From assembly GCA_900088475.1 (NCBI GenBank), contig FLMG01001160.1, positions 103,436 to 167,435 of the forward strand: 64,000 nucleotides of DNA, given 5' to 3'. The notes beneath the pieces are model-generated. The model was given only the letters and a program-made list of their open reading frames with translations, made no database searches and was not told where the DNA came from. Positions within the stretch are counted from its first letter, which is position 1; every line of letters begins with the position of its first letter. The position numbers were made by a program, and so were the translations under genes. Of this stretch, positions 36,001 through 49,183 are shown piece by piece. The DNA is from Hyphochytrium catenoides (taxonomy: Eukaryota; Protista; Hyphochytriomycota).

Positions 36001-39000
36001 AAGCTAAGCTCTCCTCCCATTTGGTTGCCCTCTCTCCATTGACTGCTTCATACTCTCCGTCCTGCCTGTGTGACATCTCTGCAGTGAAGTATGTCATTCT
36101 TAAAGCTATGGAGTCTACTAGCTCACCTTTATCATTTGTACAATGTTTGACTTCTGGGCTGGGCTGAGCCTGCAAGCAATAACGACATCTACTGCCTCTG
36201 TCAGGAGAAAGAATTTGGGCATTATCCACGGTTGCAAGGCGTAGTCAACAAAGTCTCCGTCTAGCACAATGGCCACAGGGCTACAGCCTGATCGAAGAGT
36301 TAGTCAAACAGCAAAAGATGAGAGACAAAGAGAGCAGAAAGATTGCCTAGCAGTAAAGCTAAGCACATAGAATATATAGTGCAAGAGAGAAAGACAGATA
36401 AGAGACCCAAGCATTATATACATGGCAACAAGCAAGAGTGGAAGAGAGCGAACACGGATTCGAGAGCTCCCACTATACTCAGCATCAATCTTAGGGTTGA
36501 TGAGAGCGGGCGGAGCCGTCAAGGTCAACAAGATGGGGTCGAGGTCAACAAGATGGGGCCAAGGCCAACGTTGGAGGAGAAGATGGCTACCTCTCTCGTC
36601 TCCGATCAGCGAGAGTGCGGTGAAACTCTTCCGATGGTGCAGCTTGGTTAGATGCTGGCAGATGTCACTGAAAGCGTCCTCAGCCTGCCGATATCGTGAA
36701 CCCAGCAGATCTACGCGTCCAGTGTTGCTATCCAGCAACTAGAAGTGAGGGAAAAAGGCAAGTCAGATTGACGGGAAAGATAATAGAGGAAATAAAGTAT
36801 CTTAGTTAAGAAAGCTTTCACAGAGACTGTCACACTCCATTGGATGGTAGAGCCTAATCCTCCATCTTCCTCTCCGTCTGGAGGCTCTCCTTTACTCTCT
36901 ACCTTCTTTGCGCCTTGCGAACTGTTCCTTCCCCCATCTCCTCCCCTACAGATCTACATACAAAGCTTTACCTTGCTGAGTGTTGCAATGTTGACGGCAG
37001 TATCTGAGTGGTCGCCAGTAAGCATCCATATCTTGATTCCGGCAGCCTTGAAATCCCTTATGGTCTCTGGTACTCCATCCTAAGATGAGAATTTAAAAGA
37101 GCCAGTAAGTTAAGAGCTCCAAAATGGACGAAAGAAGGGTCGAGGGAAGGAGGAAAGGCTAAAAGAGGAGCCCGGCTACGGATGCCCACCTGGAGGCTGT
37201 CTTCTATCGCTGTCAAGCCCACTAGCATGAGGTCAGACTCCAGCTCGTCCATTAGCCTATCAATGCTATAAGAGAAAGTGAGTAGACGAATCCCAGATAC
37301 AGGATGGCGTCTACACGGCACAAGAGGGTAGGCCAACAGCCACTGCTAGAACAGCAAAAAATGGAAAGCAATCTTATATCCTAGCACATTTCTCCTCTTC
37401 TTCTATCGTTGTTTCCCCCCATTCTCTCTGTCGGAAGAACTTCAGCACTCAAGAAGAAAGGAAAGTGATGGCGCAAGTAGGATGACGCAACGGGCTCGTT
37501 TTTTGTCCCAGTGGGTGAGTCTTACTCGTTGGGCTGTCCACTATTCTTCTTTTGAATTTGCTGCATACTGGTGCTTGCGACTCTGTATCGCTGTCGCCAG
37601 TCTTCAAAGACTCTCTCCTCAATCTCGCGCTGCGCAAAGATGAGCTGGGGAAGAGAGAACCAAGAACGGAAGCAGAAAATGTCAACATCTGACTATTTGA
37701 AGTGGAACAGCAGGAGAGCATACTGGACACAGGACAGAAAGCAAGGAGGACAATGATAATGAGATCCCTTTCTCCTGTTTCTAGCCTACGACTTTTATCC
37801 TCTACCTCCCTAATATCCTGTCCACATACCGTTCGAAGACCGTCCTTGGCGAAGGTGTGCAGATGTCCCATGGTCTTGCTGCGAAGCTCTTCATTTTCTG
37901 GTGATGGCACCAGTCTAGGGACTATCACACTCTCTGCTCCCTTGCATATAAGCTCAATCTTTCTTGTGTGAGGATGCCTGATGACTACTGACATCTTCTT
38001 TCTGCCGCTTGTGAACTCCAAAACCTCCAACACTTCCAGCTGAATAAGTTCCCGATCCTCTTCCTTGACGTCTTCCCTCCGTCCATCTGGGAGACCCTCG
38101 CTCAACCTGTCTCTTCTTTTCTCGATAGTGATTATCCCAGGCCGTCTGTCAATGAACTCGACTCCCATATGCTTGGCTGCGGCTACTAGGGCTTGCTCAT
38201 CCGGAGAAGAGGCAGAAAGACTGATCGCTCCATTCTCAAGCTATAAAGAGGTGTGAAGACGCAAGGCAGTGAATATATAAGCAAGAAGTTGTGGGATAGC
38301 GAGATGGAGCCTTGGTTTAGGATAAGACAGGAGAGTGTGTAGACAAATGAAGATGGCTACCTGCTCCGAGATGACTGTGTGACAAATACTGAGGTAAAGA
38401 AGGAAATCTCTTATCTTCTTGCCATGGTCCTCCCCGGATGCTCCCTGAAGCATCAAGAGACAAGGTAAGGGAATATGAACAGAACTAAAGCCTCGATGGT
38501 CTAACATTAACACCAACACTGATTAGGTGCGATAGGTGCAGACTGGTAAAAAAAGAGTGAAGCACTCATGTACCTGTGCGTCAGCCAAGATGCTAGGGTC
38601 AGAGAACTTGACATATCGACTGCCCGATCTCCATCTTAGATCCTCTTGGTCTCCATAACATTTCCCTAGAAGAATATAATAGTCAAAGGAGTGAAGAATG
38701 GCACTGAGTAAGTAGTGCGACTTCGGCGCCTCCTTCTCCATCTTCATGTCTATTTCTACCTATTCCTCGTCAGACGAACTCTCTCCATCCCGCCCTTGCA
38801 CCCACTTTGTCTTAATAGGAGGTCAGAAGCGAAGGGTTACCATTTACAGAACATTTGCGGAACTGCATAAGGTTACATGTCAGGGTTCCGGTCTTGTCGG
38901 TGAAAATGTGAGATACCTGCAAGCAGGGAGAAGGGCGAGTGGAGATGAAAAGAGAAGAAGAAGTGTTAGGCGCCTTGGAACTTCTGTCATCGACGCCAGT

Positions 39001-41611
39001 AGCACATAGGCCACTATTCTGTACTTCAGCTCCCTGTCTTTTCATTTTAAGTCTGTCATAAAGTCAGGTGCTCCTTGCTTTGCTCCAAGCACTGACCACT
39101 CCCCGCTCCCGCCCTTTGTCTACCTGTCCCAAGTCTTCGTTCAAGTTCAGGGTCCGGACCACGCAGTGTGCCTTACTAGGTGCATGATACATCCTAGAGT
39201 CCTTCATCATGATATAGGCTTGTGCATACTATTCATGGAGACCGAGAACGTGACGGAAGAAGCACGAGAAACCAAGATATGGGGTACAGAGTTTACAGGG
39301 CCCAGCAACGAGAGATAACAACCGTGTTAGACTTGGCAACGAACCGGTCACCAATCCGGGAGCTTCCCCACCTTAACCAAATGGACCGAGACATACAGGG
39401 AAACAGGCACCAGGTTGCTCATCAGGAGAAAGAATCGGAAAAAGGTGATGCCCCCAATGCTCAAGGCGTCCGGCTGCCAGTTAGAGAGGTATCAGTATGG
39501 AGTCTTGAAGCACGTCAAAGAGACCCAAAACGAGGAGCAGTAAAATAGCAGATCAACGGCGGGACAGTGACTGCGATAGAGAGGGGAGGCAAGGAAGGAA
39601 TTTGAATCATTGATACGGAAGTAAGAGGCGATTGCGGGCCTCGTTACAGCGGCTAAAGAGTTTGGGGATGGTTTGACTTACCGTCCAGGACAGGAACCAG
39701 GCATCATCCAGAACATAATCGTCATACATTGCGGCAGCCACTGCCGCCACCGAGCAGAGGATGACCAGCATCACAATGAGAAGGACCACCTGCAAAGGAA
39801 GAAGGATCAGAGTGCAATTAATAACAGTCCCTAAAGACGGCAAGGGAACCAAGGTCAAGGTTCAGGGGGGGCTCCCTACATCAGCATTGAACTGGTTCTC
39901 CATGAAACTGCGCTTATGTGGGCATTGCTACGTTAAAAAGACCATTGAGTTAGCAAGATGACAGTGGAGTGAGCTCCCTTGCAACTTTGACTTACTAGTG
40001 CCGCCTGCATGACCTTAGTATCGTGGCCAGTGTTGATCACCACTGCGTACAGACAGTTGGTATTGCGGATGACGCTTCCCCTAAGTATGACGTTGGTTGC
40101 ATTGATCTGCTCCTCCACCCCCACTCGAAGCTGTAAAACACCCTCAAACTAGGTATGAAGGGGTTAGTCGGCCGACCTTCACTCTCTCCTTTAAGAAATG
40201 TGAACCTACCTTGTTAATTGCTGGATTCGGTGTTTCACAAGTCACCAGACCCCGAAGCTGCTGCAGATCAGATTCACGCTTCACATACTCAGACGTGCAG
40301 CGCATTGGCTGTCAGAAGTGATACCTTAGCTCCATTTCTTGAATATCAAAACACTTCGACGTCAGTCGGACCCTTCCTGGTGCTGTGTCTTTGCAATTAC
40401 GCCTTCAATTATCCTCCTATCCTGGCAGGCGTTCCTCTGCACTCCTTCTACCTTCACTCTCAGCCTCAAGCACCGCAAACCCATCACAACCTCTTCGCTA
40501 CTGACCTCCCTCATTTTCAGATTGGTCTCTCCATCGAGACTTCGTGTGTCGACGTAGCAGTAACCTCTCTTCCTGGTTCCCATAAGATGGTTCACTTCGA
40601 GCAGCATGATGTCTGCCGGCACTTGTTGACCGTTGTGAAGCCTAGACCAGGATTCTCAGCACGCCAGAATAGATACTTTATTTTTGAAAGCTTGACAACG
40701 ATTGTGGACAAGAAGAAAGGTAACAGCCATTCCAAGACGATCAGGGCTAGATAAAACCAGATGGAGGAGTAGACGACCAAGGTCACGACAGCTTGGGGGA
40801 AAAGAAAAGAGAGAGGAGAAAAGAGAGATAAACAGAGGCAAGGGGGTGAGAAGAGACGCAGCCAAAAAGTAGGGGAGCCTACCTGACGAGATCTCCAACC
40901 TTTAGTTGCTCCCATCTGACGGCTGCGAAGGAGAATAAGCTTGGGTCGAAGGCTTCTGTCAGTCTTCCGTTTGCCTCTTTGTCGGCCCGGTGGCGTCTGA
41001 CATCCTCAATGACCTGAACAATCCCATCCACAAAGAGTACGAAGGCTAGAGGTATGAGCGTTGTAGGGATGCCCTGCGTGCTCGATATACCTAAGTAGGT
41101 GACTAGTTAGTCTTAACCTGAAGAGGCAGCCAAAAGCCACTGCTTTAAAAGGCAAAGAAGTAGGTGTACAACGGGACGCATTCAGGCATAAACAGGGAAA
41201 CAGTGAAAGTAGGAAGGATGCAACCTTCTTTGCCATGATGGCCCCAATGGGTAGCATAGAGAGAACAGCAAAACCTGTCTAATATCGAACAATAAAGGAC
41301 AACTATAAGGTTGAGAAAACCTCACCGGGCACCAGCTGGAGGACTGACACGAAGAGGAAATACGCGTTGACTGGCTGACGGAATGAGCTGAAGAGAAACC
41401 TTGGGAGGAAATTGTAGGGAGTATACTTTGACGTGATGACGTGATTGCTGCAGAACTTGCGGAGTTTGTTCCTGGCCTCATCGTTAAGGTGGACGTGCCG
41501 ATGGATGGCAGACTTCCCATTGCCATTGCCGCTTTCTATGGAACCCAAGTCCGGCTGAGAGGAGGCAGCCAAGAGAGGCTCCTTAAGGGAGACGGCCTCT
41601 GCTTCCATCAT
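33094..41611 (-). CDS. P4-type ATPase (phospholipid flippase), many introns
   Basis: [97 protein letters not shown] and C-terminal GYAIS (GFAFS-like). Confidence 0.95.
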
Positions 41612-43093
41612 ACCCTCCCAGCGCTCGAGCGGGAATATGCGGAGATAGTCAAGCTGACGTTAAGGGCCACACTTGAAGTTCCATTAGGCAGTACTCCGTG
41701 GGTTCCATCAACCCAATATAACTCTCAATAAGGCAACAGCAGTGCTGACCCCTCCATCCAAACGCTGTTCTGGAGAACCTTCAGCTTAACGAAGAGGAGG
41801 AAACGGTCCAGCCCAAGAGCGAGCGTCGGAGAGACGAGTCTCTTTACTTGACCATGAGCAACGCTCCCGCCCTGCGTCTGTAGGTTGGTATTTGGTGACT
41901 AAGTTCCGGAGCTAGCGTACCGCTGTCAGGCGAAGGAAGCAAGGGAAAGAAGCTGCAGAGTCTGATGGGAAGAAAGCCTTCCTTGTAGGACTATACAGTA
42001 CAGCCAGGAGGTCTATTGTGCATGAAGAGAAACCCAGACATCAAGAAGCAGACAAAAAAATAAGAGGAAACAGTTAAGAGTCAGAGGAGCAACCAGAGAG
42101 GAGTGACACCGTGCGACNNNNNNNNNNNNNNNNNNNNNNNNNNNNNNNNNNNNNNNNNNNNNNNNNNNNNNNNNNGAGATTGACCTTTCAGAGTTTGGGG
42201 GAAGACGCTGGCCCATCACTACACATTACGCATATAGAAAGAATAAATACGAAATAATGGCACAATAAAAGCACAGGGTTAGGAATCAGTACGCGTCTCT
42301 GTTCCTCTGTACTGTACCCTATGTTCCTCTCAGAAGGACATGTAATCCCTGTTTTGGCTCTCTCCGAAAGTTGATCTCTATGAATTTGAGTATTGCCTAC
42401 GATAGCTAACAATTTCTTTTGGGTCTTTCCAAGCAAGGTGGCCGTTAACGTGATCTTACTGGAGTACATTAATATAATCAGGAGGCTCTGTCTCGCAAGT
42501 CGTATTCATTTGTTGGGTCTCTCTCTCTCTCCTCCTCTCCTTCAGTGTGTCTCCTCTTGATAGCACGCTAATGTCTATCTCTTGAGACACTCTGTCTCTT
42601 TGATCGCCTCTCTTGGGTTCTCTCTCTTGGGTCAGCACAAAGTTACAAGGTTGCTCTACCTCTTTTCCTTTTTGAGCTTCCTGTTTATCGGCCTCGCTTA
42701 GAGTCTTGCTCTCTCTGCAGCCTGCAGGCGGTGTAGACAGACACATGGACTGCTTCTTGAGTCTCTGCTCTCCTCCCCGTGCATCACGGCCGTGGTCACT
42801 CCTTCCCCATCTGGGTCTCGTGACGCTCTTTAACCAGTAGTAAACTACTGTTCTACTGCAAGCCAGAGTGAGTGCAAAGTCACGGGCGTCAGGCGGTCGT
42901 CAACTCCCCAGGCGTTAGGCGGTCGGCAAATTGTCCAACGAGGGAGTAGCTTTTTTTACATGGCTTGTATAGGGAGTGCGCAGATGTACTAGCACGGCCA
43001 GGGCGATAGGGATACTTTAGACAAAGAGGAAGCTCAGGTCAGGATGGGTAGAGGATAGTGTATCTGCCAGTTCGGACTGTCCTGCCCCGAAGG

Positions 43094-45577
43094 ATGCGTT
43101 CCAGATTTGGCCAGCACCTCTTCGCGCTCCGTACGGCAGCCGCGGGATATAGACATGGCAGGGCAAGAATGCTTTCGGCTCAATTCCGCTCAGCATCGAA
43201 TCAGGTAGGGAGTGGAAGCAGTTGGCCTTTCACAGATCATGTCTTTTAACCGTTACCGTGGTGATGGTGACTTTTCTAGTACGCAAAAGCTGGTACCGGC
43301 AGCAGCAGTGAGGCGAAACGATGGTCTCTTGCTTATGGTAGCCTTATAGTGGGCAGCATGGGAGCTCTTGCAACAGCCTGGGCCGCTTCTCAAGCTACTT
43401 GTGAGCTGCAAATGTTAGAGAAACAATGGGCAACAGTGACAGAAGTGCTCTACACGCCAGTGGACACAGACCTGCCTCTAAAGAATGAGCGCGTCGAGCA
43501 TTGCAAAGCAAAATCTTCGGTCGTAGATTTCTACGTAACGTCTACGTACCTCGCTAACCATCCCATTGAGGTAAGAATACGAAGGAACTGGTTTCTTCTG
43601 TGTGGATCACCCTGAAAAAGTGACTCACATATTCGACGCCCACGGCTCAACTGTAGGATCGACATGATGTGCTCCTTACACCGGGGGGTAGTGCCTACAT
43701 GGCGGTGTTTGATGGCCATGGTGAGCTAACTCCCACCGTTTGCTGCCCCATATTTGGTATCTCTTACCTGCCCAGCTGTCTTAGTAGAAGTCCTGGTTAC
43801 GCTTGGGCACTGCCTCTCAGATCTTCTACTTGGCACTTGCCTCTTTCTTTCGCCGTTGGCCGTTTACTTCCCTTTACCGATACGCCACCCCTGCACCTAT
43901 TAAACCTGCGTCCCTTACAGATATGGGTCCTGGCAGGTTTGCTGTGCTGAGTCCCAGGCTAGTTGATCTAACTCCTTATCCTTGTCCTCTTTGCCCCGGG
44001 TTCTGATGAAGGTGGCTGGCAGGTCGCAGAATTCGCCCAGAAGACCATGATACCAATGATTGCCAAGAAGTTAGAGGGGACCACCGACGCCAATGAGGAT
44101 AAGATGCTAGGCGAGGTAAAGGCTTCGCACTGTCGTTGCAAATTGTCATGGTGTACTGGCGTGAATGGAAGCTGACAATAATCAATGACAGATGACTTCT
44201 GCTTTAAAAAGCACGTTTCTTCAAACTGAAGAGGAGCTCCGCAAGATGGTCCAACCTGCTTTCAAGCTGGGCTTTGGGGAACTAGGCAAAGTGGGGGCCT
44301 GCGCGCTAATGGCCTTATGTGTAAAGGACGTAGTCATGGTGGCCAACGGTGCGTAGCAATCTTCAGTCAACCTCTCTCCCTCCCTGCTGCTGCGAAAGGC
44401 TCGTATTGTGTCGCTATAAGTCTTTATCAAGTCCACGTTCCTTCTCGCCCCTTGAGTTGATGGAGAGTACTCCAATGCNNNNNNNNCCTCTCTTGAACCA
44501 GCTGGAGATGTTCGTGCAGTGATTGGCCGGCGAGGCGAGACAAACGTGGAATACGAGGGCTATGAGTCCATTGCCCTCACTACCGACCATAACGCACGCG
44601 TTGCTTCGGAGCAAAAGCGTCTAGCAGCAGACCATCCAGGAGAAGAAGACATTATCCGGTGCAAAAATGCGGATGCTTGCTATGTCAAGGGCAGACTGCA
44701 GCCCACCAGGTAGGCGTCTCATACAACTATTCTGTGTGATTGTCACTTTCAAGGCCGATTACAAGCCCTAGCCTGAACCAGTGTTAGACTTCACGGCGTA
44801 AATTCTGCAAGCTTGCTCCTCCTCATCCTTGACTTTCTTTCTCACCGGATCCAGTTGAAGTACTCATTAAGGCTAAGAAACGGAGTACTCGGCATTCAGA
44901 TATCTCACCCCTTCGCATTTTCCCACAGATCCTTGGGCGACTTCTACCTGAAGTACCCCGAGTTCAATGGGCCACCATACGTAAACGGCGATCGCTCCAG
45001 AGGGCGACATATCCCGATGCCTTATACTCCTCCTTACATTACCGCAGATCCCGAAATATCTCTCCACAAGCTTCACCAGAATGATGAGTTTCTCGTTATA
45101 GGTGAGATTTTTAGGAGGTGATAATATATGTACCCTTCTCTTCCTCCACACGCTAACGCTTCCACACTCATTGCGTATGTGTGTCTCACGGCTGTAGCGA
45201 CAGACGGTCTATGGGACTTTATGAGTAACGAAGAGGTAAGACTGGGCGAGGGAGAGTTAAGCGATTGAAAGGGTTGGGTTCACCGCTAAGAAGTAGCAAT
45301 GCATCCAATTCTGTGCTCTTACAACGTGACCTATGACCATATTGCTATGGAGCAGGTAGTCGAAGTAGTCCGCCATCAAGCTGCTATAGGCGCGGCACAG
45401 AATGCTGCGATCAAACTTATCGAATGTGCCATCACCCGGTCCGCCAAGAAATACGGATTAACTATAGAGGAAGTGCTCGATACGCCTCCAGGGAAGACAA
45501 GGCGAAAGAGGCACGACGACATTAGCATTGTAGTGCTGTTTTTCAACAAGAACAGGACATCCGCCCCTGCTCCGTAA
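43094..45577 (+). CDS. PP2C-family phosphatase, pyruvate dehydrogenase phosphatase-like, probable mitochondrial presequence
   Basis: Arg-rich, acid-free N-terminus. ANHPIE|DR, VFDGHG|G, ANAGDVRAV, DHNA, VKGRLQPTRSLGD, ATDGLWD and HDDISIVV. Confidence 0.9.
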
Positions 45578-45774
45578 TAAGCACTAATGTCCCAAGCCTT
45601 CTTTTGCGACGTCTTTACTTTACCCTCCCGTGTCTCCCATAGTTCTTGTCTGGCTGAAGGGATGCAAAGCCCTTTCTTTTGTCATGCAGGATGCCAGCTG
45701 TGGATACCTCTTCCTCCGGAGCGTGCCCCAAAGACTTCTGCCTTGATATAGATGGGCAGTCGAGTGTCTTACAG

Positions 45775-48199
45775 TCACCGCCTATACCTTCCATCTCTGC
45801 TCTGCACCTCATTTCTTGGTCGCTTACTGCTGCGATCGTAGCTGCTATCTATAGTTTTATAGAAACTCGTGAGGACGAGAAATAAGGACCCGCGTTGGAG
45901 AAAAGTTAAACCTTGATAGCGCTTGTTATGGCCAGATGGATTAGCAGGACCGCCGGTAATCCCGCTTATGCTCTCAGGTATTGGAATAGGCTGGTTAACC
46001 GGAAAGGCGATTGGCGCGGCACCGGGTTCATCAAAAGCACTTAACCGGGGCTTTGGCTCCTGCCACCAAGACGCAGAGTGGTTCATTTGTTAATGTCAAA
46101 GAGAGAGCAAGAATCTGTGCTCGAGCGCTCCACGTATTTCAGAGTCAAACTATTTCTGTCATATGGCGTGTTGGGATGTGTCCTTCTCTCAAGAGAAACC
46201 AAAGCTATGCTAAACCCGCGTTATACCTATACGTCTGGCCTACCTGCTCAGTAAAATAAGGATGTTGCAGGGCCTCGGCTGCTGTTATACGCTTTTCAGG
46301 GTCTAATGAACCAGGAAAAGCGAGGTGACGACAGATAGGATGAAGCATGAACGATCACGAAGGCACTAACCCAATTCTAGCATCTTGGATAGTAGGTCCA
46401 GCAACCTCTCGTCATTTCTTTGTCCTGTATAAATATGCTGAGGAGAGAGTTCAGAGCCAAAGAAGACATGGAGAGGATTACAAAGAGAGTGCGATGTTAC
46501 GGAACCGTCGGGAAAGACCATCACAAGAAGCATATCGAACATACATCCTTAAGGATGGAGACGCTAGGGTAAGAGCGATCCTCCGCCCATTTCTCGATGT
46601 GCTTATACTCTGGAAGCTTTTCAACCCCTGGCCACCTTTCTTTGGTTGGTAAACCGAGCACTCTAAAAATTTTATCACATTGCTCCTTCTGGAAGGGTGC
46701 TTCTCTGCCTTCGACTTCCTTCCCGTTGAACAGTTCTCTTTGGTTCAGAATCTGCGACACAGAATACGAGAAAGATAAGCATAAAGACGTAGGTATACGC
46801 GAGCGACTATGGGGACTGACGAGGTTAGCTAGACGAAGTATACCTAGCCACATACGTAAGTCTTAGAGGAGGGGCGAGAGGCGAGCCCTCACAATGTGGC
46901 AACGCATTTGAAGGTTCGTTAAAGGACCCACTCTCCAAAAAGAAGCCCCACCTCTGCAAAGATGCAACCCACAGCCCACATATCTACTGCCTTCGTGTAG
47001 TGCTTAGCTCCGAGAAGTAGCTCTGGGGCACGATACCACAGTGTTACGACCACTCTCTCGACGTCGGATAGTGCTTTGAACGGTGACTGGTATATCCGGG
47101 CCAAACCGAAGTCTACCCCGGACAAAAAAGTTTGGTAAAAAAGGATAGAGCTTGAGTCAGAGGGGAAGGGACGTCCTCACCTGCAACCTTAACGTATCCA
47201 CGGCGACGGCCGTGCCCAATGACCAGTATGTTCTGTGGTTTCATATCCCTACAAAGCTTACGTGAGCCTTTGTCCGTCTCATTTCGCTTTCACTTCTCCT
47301 CGCCATCCTCGTACGTAATTCAGCTCTCTTCCCTTTCCACACCTTCACTTGTTACGACTGATGTCAAGGTCTAGTCCGGGCAAAGGTCACTGCTTGCCAC
47401 AACGTCCGGACATTTTGTTCCAAGCCTCTTTTCTTAATAGCTTAGCGGCGGTGACAATCTACCTGTGCAATATCCAGCAGTCATGCATATACTTTGTGCC
47501 ACGGGTAATTTGCCAGATGATTGACTTAACAGTATACTCTGATAACCTAGAGTGTTCGAGGGGTGAGGATATCACCCAAAGTGGTAGACGGACCGAGGAA
47601 CTTACCGTTGTGCACTGTTCTTTGTATGCTGAATAATCTGTCTCAAGTCGTGCTCGGCTAATCAAGGCAGAAGTTAGCGGCTTGGACAGAATGGCAGACA
47701 GAGAGTCGTATAGAATTCTAGGCAATGAGAAAAAGAGCGATAGGTCCAAAGCGTAAAGCGTTCAATAGATTGATCACCATATTCGAAAACCAGCGCCAAT
47801 GATTTCTCTTTGGGGTCCACGTGCACATCGTGCAGAAGAACTATATTCTCATGACGGAGCTCTCTCAGCAGCTTTATCTCTCTCAACGTTGCCATTGAAA
47901 GAACGACATTATTGTTGCCCTAGTTCACTGTTAGAACATGCGTCTGTGGTAAGGCGGAAGAGAACGGACCTCTTTATGTGACTTGACTATCTTCACAGCT
48001 AGCTGAGGGATGTCTTCATCCACTGCCGATTTTGGCTCTGCCTTGTACACATTGCCATAGGTTCCCTCACCAATTTTTCCTTCAACCAGGAAGACTTCAG
48101 CAAAAGGTGCCTCACACAGTGCAACCTACTGGCCTACATACCGATCAAGCGGTATCGATTCTGGAGTTTTACTTCACGTTCAATGGCAGACCTCCTCAT
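45775..48199 (-). CDS. CDK8: Cyclin-dependent kinase 8 (Mediator kinase), multi-exon
   Basis: MRRSAIERE...[32 protein letters not shown]|DMKPQNIL, and [44 protein letters not shown] (CDK8-type activation segment). Confidence 0.88.
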
Positions 48200-49183
48200 T
48201 TTCCTGGCACTGAGTTATTGCGGGGTATATTCCACCTAAATTATGCCGTCAAATGCCATCTCGAATACAAAGATTGGAATGCTTGCAGCGCTGAATGCTA
48301 TAACCTGAAGGTTGAACCCTCACTGTCCTCAATTCTTCAGCTACATGTACCCTAGCACATGTGCAAACATGCACAACTCTGCCTCCTTGGCTGACACTTG
48401 CCATGAGGAAAGCTCTGATGGCTTGTCACAACCCGCCCCCGATATCGCGGCCTCCATGAAGCTTGGAGATGGCCCTCCATTCAGATTTCTGAATCTCTAT
48501 TTCCAGGCAGAGCCTTTTTCTGCAGTCGCCCTTTTGACGCCCTGAAAATTTATACGCTTGTAAGGAATATGTGAATATTGTGAGTGTTCATAACCTAATT
48601 CAGTATTATCCGGGATGTAGGCCAAAGAGCGCATGATATTCAAAATCTCTGGTACAGGATCAACAGATTGACAGACAAACTTGACAAATCTTGGAAAATA
48701 CTCAAACCAATATGATTATAGGGAAAGGAGGCTGCAGGTAATCTTCAACAGCTGCGCGCCGCTCTTGTACATGCATCGTCGGCGTCCCGCTCATGATTCT
48801 TCAATGATCTCCGTCCAGATCTTTGAAGAGTACCAGACAGTTCGATGATGTGCGCCGTCCCCTCTCTTCGAGCTGACTAGCAGAAAGAGGACAAATTCAT
48901 TAGGTCAAACTCGTAGGTTCTCTTGTCTAGATCTTAGGTACCAGAAAGGAAGCTGGCGGTTCGGCGACAGTATTGGCTTCTTTGACCGGAGAAGATACTC
49001 GTCTCTTGTAAGCGCTCAGGCGCCGATGGCATGAATCCAGATAGACGACGCCAACTTCGCGGCGGGCGAGGCTATTTGCAATACGTCCTTCCTCACTGTT
49101 CCCTACACTAAGCCACCGAGGATCTTCTGCCCATTTTTCTTCGTTTGAGTGGAGGCTGGAGCCCGGGAGGATCTGGGGCAAAA

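Noticed and set aside
48400-49130. Small spliced gene, or Cys-TGA (selenocysteine) frame, on the - strand between CDK8 and Ctr
   Set aside because: No consistent exon chain, recognisable domain or SECIS could be supported.
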